Sequence record: SRR2962707_1034
Length of the DNA: 33,167 bases
Strand: one strand, 5' to 3'
The first letter of the stretch is position 1, and each line of letters opens with the position of its first letter. Below, in pieces: positions 25,996-33,167 of the stretch. The notes beneath the pieces are model-generated. The model made no database searches. It was not told where the DNA came from and saw only the letters and a list, made by a program, of their open reading frames with translations. A program made the position numbers and the translations under genes.

Positions 25996-26739
25996 TCAGC
26001 TGTCTGTCACCATTGTGACGGTAGCGCCATCTGCCTGCATTGCCGCTGTTGCGCGGTCATAGCGCAGATAGGCCAGCGCTTCGGTTCCCGCCTGCGTGAA
26101 AACCGTGCCCGCCGGTTTGCCGTTTGCCGAAATCTCGGTGCCGGCATCTACGGGCGCGCTGATCTGGACCTTGGCCAGCCCTTTGCGCAGTTCTGTCTTA
26201 TGCTTCATCCGCGCGGTTACTTCCTGGCCCACATAGCAGCCTTTGCGGAAATCGACGCCGTTCAGCCGCTCAAAACCCATTTCCAGAATAAAGCTGTCTG
26301 GCGTTAGTTCGGCCCCGGTTTCGGGGATCATATGGGCCACGCGCAAAGCATCCCAATCGGTCGTGTCATCGGTCTGCGGGGCATCGCGGTAGGCGCGCCA
26401 ACCCATATTCGGGTCGCGCGGATCCGCATAGCCATCGGTGGGGGCGTTACCCAAGCCACGGTGCAGATGCAGGCCGCTGGCCTCGATCTTCACATCGGCG
26501 CGCAATTTGTACATGTTCAGCCGTTGCACCAGTGCATCGGCGCTGGCTTCGGTGACATCCAGCAGCACAGCATCGCCCTCTGCGGATAAAAAGAAATCAA
26601 CGATGAACTTGCCTTGTGGGCTCAAAAGCGCCGCGTAGATCGGGCCTTGGTCCAGCTTGTTTACGTCATTTGTGACAAGCCCCTGCAGAAAGCTGCGGGT
26701 ATCTGCACCGGATAGTTTCAGGATGCGGCGGTCGTTCAT
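25996..26739 (-). CDS. ygfZ: Folate-binding Fe-S cluster repair protein YgfZ (CAF17/Iba57-like)
   Basis: GADTRSFLQGLVTNDV, LLSPQGK, VDFRKGCYVGQEVTARM. Start ATG 26739 after AAGGA. Confidence 0.95.
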   Translation of the reverse strand: MNDRRILKLSGADTRSFLQGLVTNDVNKLDQGPIYAALLSPQGKFIVDFFLSAEGDAVLLDVTEASADALVQRLNMYKLRADVKIEASGLHLHRGLGNAPTDGYADPRDPNMGWRAYRDAPQTDDTTDWDALRVAHMIPETGAELTPDSFILEMGFERLNGVDFRKGCYVGQEVTARMKHKTELRKGLAKVQISAPVDAGTEISANGKPAGTVFTQAGTEALAYLRYDRATAAMQADGATVTMVTDS

Positions 26740-26805
26740 ATCGCTTTTCCTTGCGTTTGATGGCATGACATATATCAGGCCGACCAAAAGCCGAAAGGGG
26801 CAACC

Positions 26806-27480
26806 ATGCCTGCGCCAATAACCGTGATCATTCCGACGCTGAATGCGGAGCACAGCCTGACCGGCTGTTTGACTGCGTTGATGGAGGGGGTTGATGCCGG
26901 GCTGATCTGCGAACTGATTGTGTCAGATGGCGGATCGCAGGATGCAACGCGGGTTGTCGCGGATGCGTGGGGGGCTGAAATCATTGAAGGTGCGGCATCG
27001 CGCGGTGGGCAATTGCGCCGGGGCTGTGCCAAGGCCAAGGGCGAATGGCTGCTGATATTGCATGCTGACACGCAGCTGGATCAAGGCTGGACCGGCCCGG
27101 TGATCGCCCATCTGAAGGGGCGAAAGGCCGGGTGGTTTCGGCTGCGGTTCAACAGCACCGGGTTTGCCGCGCGGTTTGTCGCGGGATGGGCGCATCTGCG
27201 CAGCCTGATGGGGTTGCCATATGGCGATCAGGGGTTGTTGGTGCTGCGTGCGTTGTATCAGTCTGTGGGCGGATACTCCGATCAGCCGCTGATGGAGGAC
27301 GTGGCCATGGCGCGGCTGCTCAAGGGGCAGCTGGCGGGCATTGACTGTGCTGCGATCACATCGGCTGAGAAATATCACAAGGCTGGCTGGCTGCGTCGTG
27401 GCGGGCGTAATATCTGGACATTGCTCCGGTATTTTGCGGGGGTATCCCCGCAAAAGCTGGCCAAGGCCTACGCCAAATAG
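26806..27480 (+). CDS. Family 2 glycosyltransferase (TIGR04283-like)
   Basis: VIIPTLNAE, VSDGGSQD, SRGGQL, LHADT, LPYGDQG, PLMEDV. Confidence 0.9.
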   Translation: MPAPITVIIPTLNAEHSLTGCLTALMEGVDAGLICELIVSDGGSQDATRVVADAWGAEIIEGAASRGGQLRRGCAKAKGEWLLILHADTQLDQGWTGPVIAHLKGRKAGWFRLRFNSTGFAARFVAGWAHLRSLMGLPYGDQGLLVLRALYQSVGGYSDQPLMEDVAMARLLKGQLAGIDCAAITSAEKYHKAGWLRRGGRNIWTLLRYFAGVSPQKLAKAYAK

Positions 27481-27492
27481 CGCGCAGTTGTT

Positions 27493-29349
27493 CTAGCCGA
27501 ACAGGCGCTGTCCCAGACGTTGCAGCAGGTTCGGCTCGGCTGGCTTTAGACCCTTTTCTAACGCGCGCAAGGCCCGCGAATTGCGACCGTCCGAGATGAT
27601 TTTGCCATCCTCGAACTGCAGTCGGTACAGATCGGCATAGATGCCGCCACGGGCCAACAGTTCTTCGTGTTTGCCTTCGTCCATGATCTGGCCGCGGTCC
27701 ATCACCACGATCTTGTCGGCACCACGAATGGTGGACAGGCGGTGCGCAATAACGATTGTGGTGCGCCCTTGGGACAGACGGTCCAGTGCTTGTTGAACGA
27801 CTTTTTCCGACTGGGCGTCCAGCGCGCTTGTTGCCTCGTCCAGCAGCAGGATCGGCGTGTTGCGCAGCAGCGCGCGGGCGATCACAACCCGTTGACGTTG
27901 TCCGCCAGACAGGGCCGACCCGCGCGGGCCGACGCGGGTATCAAGGCCGTGTTCAAGCTTGGGCAGGAAATCAGCGACATGGGCGGCCTCAAGCACGGAT
28001 TGCAATTCGGCATCCGATACGTTTTCACGGCCCAAGACGATGTTTTCGCGCAAGGTTTCGTCAAACAGCAGGGCCTCTTGCGTCACCACAGAAAACAGGC
28101 CGCGCAGTTGGTTGATGTCCATATCTTTCAGCGGCACGCCGCCAATCGTGACAGTGCCCGATTGTGGATCAATCAGCCGCGTCAGCAGGTTAAAGATCGT
28201 CGATTTACCAGCGCCTGACGCCCCAACAAGGGCGGTCGTTTGCCCGGCTTTCGCGATGAGTGATAAATCATCCAGTACCTTTGCGTCGCCATAGGACAGG
28301 CTGACCCCGTTCAACACGATGTCCGACGACCCGTCCGGCACGGCGACCGGCGTTTTGGGGGATTTCAATGTAACCGGCGCATCCATCAATTCCTTGATCC
28401 GTTCAAGGGCGGCCGCAGCCGTTTGCCACAGCCCGCTGATGCCGCCCAAACGACGCAGCGGGTTAAAGGTAAAGCCCATCGCGGTGAAGAAGGTCATGAA
28501 CTGGCCGATGGTCTTGTCGCCCGATATGATCTCGGACCCGCCATACAGGATCACGGCCATAAACCCGACGCCCGACATGATGTCGATCATGCCCGGAATG
28601 GCCGAGTTGCCAAAGGCGGCGCGGACTTCGGTTTTGACGTATTTGCGGGTCAGATCGCGGTATTGGCGGGATTGATACCGTTCAAGCGCGTTCAGCTTGA
28701 TCTGCACAATGCCGTGGAACACTTCGTCCAGTCGGGTTGACAGGTGGGCACCCAGATCGCGTGCCTCGCGCGAACGTGCGCGCACAAACCGTTGCGCGAG
28801 GGCGGCTGGCATGACCATCAGCGGCACGCCGATACAGGCCAGCAGCGCCCAGATCGGATCAATGGAAATCGCGACCCCAAGCAACACAATCAAACCGATC
28901 AGATCGCGCCCGGTGCCCGTGATGATCGCGCGCCACACATCATTGACCGCGTTCACGTCAGACTGGACCCGTTGGATCAGGAACCCCGGTGGATGCGCTT
29001 GGTGAAATGCGCCGTCCTGCATCATCATGCGGTTCAGCATATCCATCCGCATATCTGCCGCAGATGTTTGCGCGATCCGCGTCAAAAGCACCTTTTGCGC
29101 AATGCTTGCCACCGCGCGCAGCACGAAAATACCCACCAGTACCAGACCGACCCAGATCAGGGCGGATTCGTTACCTGCGACGAAAACCTGATCGAACATG
29201 GGCTGCATCAACTTGGCCAGTGCCCCAAGGGTCGCCCCTTCGATGGCCATGAAAACAACGGCTAGCCCCAGCATCCAGATGTGCTTTTTCAGATAGTCTT
29301 GCCAAAGCCATTTTAGCAGCTCTTTGGAAGTATAGGTGACATCACTCAT
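27493..29349 (-). CDS. MsbA-like fused ABC exporter (transmembrane plus ATPase domains)
   Basis: N-terminal transmembrane domain, GASGAGKST, LSGGQRQR, LLDEATSALD, IAHRLSTI. Confidence 0.94.
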   Translation of the reverse strand: MSDVTYTSKELLKWLWQDYLKKHIWMLGLAVVFMAIEGATLGALAKLMQPMFDQVFVAGNESALIWVGLVLVGIFVLRAVASIAQKVLLTRIAQTSAADMRMDMLNRMMMQDGAFHQAHPPGFLIQRVQSDVNAVNDVWRAIITGTGRDLIGLIVLLGVAISIDPIWALLACIGVPLMVMPAALAQRFVRARSREARDLGAHLSTRLDEVFHGIVQIKLNALERYQSRQYRDLTRKYVKTEVRAAFGNSAIPGMIDIMSGVGFMAVILYGGSEIISGDKTIGQFMTFFTAMGFTFNPLRRLGGISGLWQTAAAALERIKELMDAPVTLKSPKTPVAVPDGSSDIVLNGVSLSYGDAKVLDDLSLIAKAGQTTALVGASGAGKSTIFNLLTRLIDPQSGTVTIGGVPLKDMDINQLRGLFSVVTQEALLFDETLRENIVLGRENVSDAELQSVLEAAHVADFLPKLEHGLDTRVGPRGSALSGGQRQRVVIARALLRNTPILLLDEATSALDAQSEKVVQQALDRLSQGRTTIVIAHRLSTIRGADKIVVMDRGQIMDEGKHEELLARGGIYADLYRLQFEDGKIISDGRNSRALRALEKGLKPAEPNLLQRLGQRLFG

Positions 29350-29511
29350 GAATGCGCCAGGGTCCTTTGGTCAAATATCTGTCTGGTTTACGCAGCCCGG
29401 AGGGGCAGGGCAAGCATGACGGCCTGCTTTGGGTTGCGGATTGTCCGATTGACGCCGCGCCGCACGGGGATAAGTTGGCCCCGAATACTGTTGTTGAAAG
29501 GCGTATCGTTC

Positions 29512-30720
29512 ATGTCATCCCGCACAAATTTATCGCATGGGCGCGGTTATCTCGCCATTCCCGGCCCTTCGGTTATGCCAGAGGCCGTGTTGAATGCGAT
29601 GCACCGCCCTGCACCGAACATCTATGCGGGCGAATTGGTCGATATGATGCCACCGCTGATGCGGGACTTGCGTGCGGTAGCAAAGACACAGCACCACGTT
29701 GCAATGTATATCGGCAACGGACATGCGGCATGGGAGGCGTCACTGTCCAACGTTATCCGCCCCGGTGACAAGGTGTTGGTGCCTGCGACGGGGCGCTTTG
29801 GCATCGGTTGGGGTGCCACGGCGACAGGCCTAGGTGCCGAAGTCGAGGTCATGGATTTCGGCAAGCAGTCCGCGATGGATCTGGCACGTATCGAAGAACG
29901 CTTAAAAGCCGATACCGCGCACGAGATCAAAGCGGTGCTGGCTGTGCATGTGGATACTTCGACATCGGTTGTGAATGACATTGCAGGAGTGCGTGCCGCA
30001 TTGGACAGCGCAGGGCATCCGGCGCTGTTGATGGCTGATTGCATCGCATCGCTGGCTTGTGACCGCTTCGAGATGGACGCCTGGGGCGTCGATGTGATGG
30101 TAACGGGCTGCCAAAAGGGGCTGATGGTGCCCCCCGGCGTTAGCTTTGTGTTCTTCAACGATCGTGCGGCAGAGGTGCGGGCATCGATGCCTCGTGTAAG
30201 CACTTTTTGGGATTGGGAGCCGCGTGCGAACGCGCAAGAGTTCTATCAATACCACTGCGGCACGGCCCCCACGCATCATATTTACGGCCTGCGGGCAGCA
30301 CTTGATATGATCCACGCCGAGACGATCGAGGCGGTATGGGACCGTCACACCATTCTGTCGCGCGCCGTCTGGGCAGCCTGTGATGCATGGGGCAGCGAAG
30401 GGGAGCTTGCCTTGAATATTGCCGACCCCGCCTTGCGCAGCCACGCTGTCACGTCGCTCAGGCTCAAGGCCCCGCAGGCCACGCAATTGCGCGAATGGGT
30501 GCAGGAAAACATCGGTCTGACCTTGGGCATTGGCCTTGGTATGGCCGCGCCGGGCACCCCGGAAAGCCACGGGTTTTTCCGGTTGGGCCACATGGGGCAT
30601 GTGAACGGTCAGATGATCATGGGGATGCTTGGCGGGATGGAAGCCGGGATGGCCTCGCTCGGGATCAAGCGCGGCTCGGGCGCGTTGGACGCCGCAGCCA
30701 AGGTGATCGGCGGGGTTTAA
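29512..30720 (+). CDS. Class V PLP aminotransferase (serine/alanine-glyoxylate transaminase-like)
   Basis: YLAIPGPS, GNGHAAWE, VHVDTSTSV, DCIASL, GCQKGLMVPPG (PLP Lys), FRLGHMG. Start ATG 29512. Confidence 0.93.
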   Translation: MSSRTNLSHGRGYLAIPGPSVMPEAVLNAMHRPAPNIYAGELVDMMPPLMRDLRAVAKTQHHVAMYIGNGHAAWEASLSNVIRPGDKVLVPATGRFGIGWGATATGLGAEVEVMDFGKQSAMDLARIEERLKADTAHEIKAVLAVHVDTSTSVVNDIAGVRAALDSAGHPALLMADCIASLACDRFEMDAWGVDVMVTGCQKGLMVPPGVSFVFFNDRAAEVRASMPRVSTFWDWEPRANAQEFYQYHCGTAPTHHIYGLRAALDMIHAETIEAVWDRHTILSRAVWAACDAWGSEGELALNIADPALRSHAVTSLRLKAPQATQLREWVQENIGLTLGIGLGMAAPGTPESHGFFRLGHMGHVNGQMIMGMLGGMEAGMASLGIKRGSGALDAAAKVIGGV

Positions 30721-30758
30721 CCCCGCCGCGCTTGGTCGATGTCTGGGGTGGCTGGGGC

Positions 30759-31862
30759 CTATGCTTTTGCGGCGTCAGCCAATGCAAGCGGCAGGGCCGC
30801 AGCCAAGGCATCCAGATCGGCGGGCGTGCCACAGCTGACCCGGATGCAACGGTTCTGCGGGGCGACAAAAGGCATGCGCACAAAGATGCCCCGCGCGACC
30901 AACCCATCAAGGACAGCTTTGGCAAAGACCCCATCGCGCCCGCAGTCAATCGCCACAAAGTTCGCAGCAGAGGGCAGCGCCGTAAGGCCGTTGTCGCGGG
31001 CAATCTCGGAAATCCGGTCGCGGGCGGTGGCGATTTGCGTTTTCACACGGGCCAGCCAATCGGTATCTTTCAGCGCCGCCAGCGCGCCCGCCTGTGCCGC
31101 GCGGTTCATGCCAAAGTGGTTGCGCACCTTACCAAAGGCGGTGACCAAATCAGGTGCCGCAATGGCATAGCCCACCCGCGCACCCGCCAGCCCATGCACC
31201 TTCGAGAATGTGCGCATCCGGATCACACGTGGATCATCTGCATCCAACGTGGGCGCGGTACCCTCAGGGGCACAGTCGACATAGGCCTCGTCCAGCACCA
31301 GCAGGCAACCCTCTGGTAGGGCTTCCATCGCCTTGACCAGATCCGCGCCGGAATGCCAACTGCCCATCGGATTGTCAGGGTTCGCCAGATAGACCAGTTT
31401 CGCGTCAACTTCGGCGGCCTTTGCAAACAGCGCGCTTGGGTCCTCGTGATCCCCACGATAGGGCACCTTGTGCAGCACACCGCCAAACCCGGCGACATGG
31501 TAATTAAACGTCGGGTATGCGCCATCTGAAGTGACGACCGCATCACCCGGTGCCACCATGAGCCGCACCAGATATCCCAATAAGCCATCAATGCCTTCGC
31601 CCACGATGATATGATCCGCGGTGATACCGTGATGCGCGGCCAAGGCCTGACGCAAATCGTAGCTTTCCGGATCGCCGTACATCCACTGCTGGGCGGCTGC
31701 CATCGCCTCAATCGCGCGGGGCGAGGGGCCGAATACGTTTTCATTGGCACCCAACCGCGCGACAAAAGCACTGCCACGGGCGCGTTCCTGGGTTTCAGGG
31801 CCCACAAACGGCACGGTCGAGGGCAGGGATTGGGCAAGCGGGGTAAGGCGTACATGTGTCAT
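30759..31862 (-). CDS. Class I/II PLP aminotransferase (HisC-like; exact substrate not assignable)
   Basis: LGANENVFGPSP, ANPDNPMG, LDEAY, RTFSKVHGLAGARVGY, CIRVSCG. Confidence 0.93.
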   Translation of the reverse strand: MTHVRLTPLAQSLPSTVPFVGPETQERARGSAFVARLGANENVFGPSPRAIEAMAAAQQWMYGDPESYDLRQALAAHHGITADHIIVGEGIDGLLGYLVRLMVAPGDAVVTSDGAYPTFNYHVAGFGGVLHKVPYRGDHEDPSALFAKAAEVDAKLVYLANPDNPMGSWHSGADLVKAMEALPEGCLLVLDEAYVDCAPEGTAPTLDADDPRVIRMRTFSKVHGLAGARVGYAIAAPDLVTAFGKVRNHFGMNRAAQAGALAALKDTDWLARVKTQIATARDRISEIARDNGLTALPSAANFVAIDCGRDGVFAKAVLDGLVARGIFVRMPFVAPQNRCIRVSCGTPADLDALAAALPLALADAAKA

Positions 31863-31927
31863 GCCACCCGATTACTGCATCCCTATCGCCTTGGGCAAGC
31901 ATTGAAAAAGCAGCCTTACGCCCCTAA

Positions 31928-31944
31928 GTAATAATCATTCGCAA
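31928..31944 (+). promoter_or_regulatory. Fur/Mur-like box upstream of the small twin-arginine ORF
   Basis: GTAATAATCATTCGCAA resembles GATAATCATT-type Fur-family sites and abuts the GGAGG RBS. Confidence 0.4.
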
Positions 31945-31958
31945 TTGGAGGCTGCATC

Positions 31959-32123
31959 ATGGCCAAACTCACCCGACGCGGCTTTGTCGCGACAGCACTG
32001 GCCGCCAGTGCGATCCGCACGGTCCCCCTTGCCGGGGCCAAACTGGGCGGGCGGCGTATTCTGACGCTGGTCTATGATAAATCGCTTGGCATGATGCGAG
32101 CGGTCGAACGCTGGGTGCCGTAG
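31959..32123 (+). CDS. 54-aa small protein with a twin-arginine signal-like N-terminus (below the ORF-track cutoff)
   Basis: MAKLTRRGFVATALAASAIRTVPLAGAKLGGRRILTLVYDKSLGMMRAVERWVP*, with a strong GGAGG RBS 7 nt upstream. Confidence 0.8.
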   Translation: MAKLTRRGFVATALAASAIRTVPLAGAKLGGRRILTLVYDKSLGMMRAVERWVP

Positions 32124-32183
32124 CGTTTTGCTTTGCACGGGCGTTGATATAGGTCCAGATGTTGCAAAGCACTGGAGGAACCT

Positions 32184-32975
32184 ATGACCCGCGTCACAAT
32201 CACCTATGAAAATCACATCGCCCATGTGCGCCTGACCCGCGCCGATAAAATGAATGCCGTAGATCAGGGTATGATCGATGCAATCATTGCAGCCGGTAAC
32301 GAAGTCGCCGCATCTGACGCACGGGTTGCCGTGATCTCGGGCGAGGGCAAAGCATTCTGCGCCGGCATCGACATCAGCGCCATGGGTGCGCTGGCGGGGG
32401 GCGATCCGGCCGACAAAATGATGCTGCGGACCCACGGGGATGGCACAACCAACCAGTGGCAAGAAGTTTCGATGGTTTGGACCCGCGTCGGCGTACCCGT
32501 CATCGCCGCATTACATGGCAAGGTTTACGGGGCAGGGATGCAACTGGCCCTTGGGGCGGACATCCGCATCGCTGCACCCGACGCTGAATTGGCGGTGATG
32601 GAAATGAAATGGGGCATCGTACCCGACATGGGCGGTATGGTTCTGTTACCCAAACTGGTGCGCGGTGATGTGCTGCGGCTGATGACCTATACCGCACAAC
32701 CGATCGACGCGACGCAGGCCGAACGCTGGGGGCTGGTCACACAGCTTGCCGATGATCCGCTGGCCGCCGCAATGGAACTTGCTGCGACCATCGCCGGCAA
32801 AAGCCCAAGCGCGATCAAAGCGGCAAAACGCCTGACAGCCTTTGCCGAGATAAACGGTGCCGACGAGGTCCTGCTAGAGGAATCCCGCGAGCAGGCAGAG
32901 CTGCTGGGCCGCCCTCACCAGATGGAAGTCATCGCTGCGGAATTCGGCAAGCGCCCGGCTGTTTTCAAAGACTAA
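32184..32975 (+). CDS. Crotonase/enoyl-CoA hydratase family protein
   Basis: LTRADKMNAV, GKAFCAGID, PVIAALHG..YGAGMQLALGADIR, EMKWGIVPDMGG. RBS GGAGG. Confidence 0.95.
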   Translation: MTRVTITYENHIAHVRLTRADKMNAVDQGMIDAIIAAGNEVAASDARVAVISGEGKAFCAGIDISAMGALAGGDPADKMMLRTHGDGTTNQWQEVSMVWTRVGVPVIAALHGKVYGAGMQLALGADIRIAAPDAELAVMEMKWGIVPDMGGMVLLPKLVRGDVLRLMTYTAQPIDATQAERWGLVTQLADDPLAAAMELAATIAGKSPSAIKAAKRLTAFAEINGADEVLLEESREQAELLGRPHQMEVIAAEFGKRPAVFKD

Positions 32976-32983
32976 AAACGGTC

Positions 32984-33013
32984 AGCCCCGCCTGAGCTGA
33001 CAGACGGGGCTTT
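32984..33013 (+). terminator. Terminator-like hairpin after the crotonase
   Basis: AGCCCCG-CCTG-AGCTGA-CAGA-CGGGGCT followed by TT. Confidence 0.65.
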
Positions 33014-33076
33014 CCAAATGGACGATCTTCGCTTCCCAGCTAGGACCGCAGATCAAAGATCACTGATCTTGGTTTC

Positions 33077-33167
33077 CAAATGGTAAAAAATCCTCGCCGA
33101 AAGCATAAATTCTCTTTTGGCGGTCCAGAAGAGAAGAATGCCTTCGGCGAGGATTTAAGTCCATTTG
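33077..33167. repeat. Long imperfect palindrome (REP/MITE-like), possibly extending beyond the window
   Basis: Nested arms CAAATGG/CCATTTG, AAATCCTCGCCGAA/TTCGGCGAGGATTT, GCAT/ATGC and TTCTCTTTTGG/CCAGAAGAGAA. Confidence 0.8.

Noticed and set aside
26806-27480. Arsenosugar or selenosugar biosynthesis cluster around the TIGR04283-like glycosyltransferase
   Set aside because: No radical SAM, ArsM or TIGR04282-like partner lies nearby; the gene sits among housekeeping genes.
29512-31862. Assigning sgaA, bhcA or hisC symbols to the two aminotransferases
   Set aside because: No serine-cycle, bhc or his operon context, so only class-level assignment is supportable.
1-33167. CRISPR array, cas genes, rRNA, prophage or defence genes
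   Set aside because: No regularly spaced identical repeats and no recognisable motifs for these.

Overview
A 33-kb chromosomal window from a GC-rich alphaproteobacterium. Gene content and intergenic palindromes suggest the Roseobacter group (inference). The left ~18.7 kb looks accessory. It holds an IS3-like end truncating a secreted YHYH-type gene, a MarR regulator with a divergent membrane protein, and a Hint-domain protein. It also holds a LysR-associated six-enzyme catabolic cluster in two convergent operons (GMC oxidoreductase, enolase-superfamily enzyme, aldehyde dehydrogenase >< GBBH/TauD dioxygenase, class II aldolase-like protein, beta-hydroxyacid dehydrogenase). Further right are a redoxin, a repeat-flanked glyoxalase gene with a long structured 5' leader, a DUF2946-like RAPP-ending ORF upstream of a metal-chelate ABC transporter, and an FkbM methyltransferase. 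The right ~14.5 kb is mostly core-like: pcm-tolC-popZ-like, DUF6280-like, efp, amidohydrolase plus COG0523 GTPase, ygfZ, GT2, an MsbA-like exporter, two PLP aminotransferases, a 54-aa twin-arginine peptide and a crotonase. I saw no rRNA, tRNA or CRISPR. Best candidates for undescribed biology: the switch-like RNA leader and repeat-delimited cassette of the glyoxalase gene, the leaderless RAPP arrest-peptide ORF without CxxC ahead of the ABC importer, and the orphan catabolic pathway. All family assignments come from motif recognition by eye; no searches were run.
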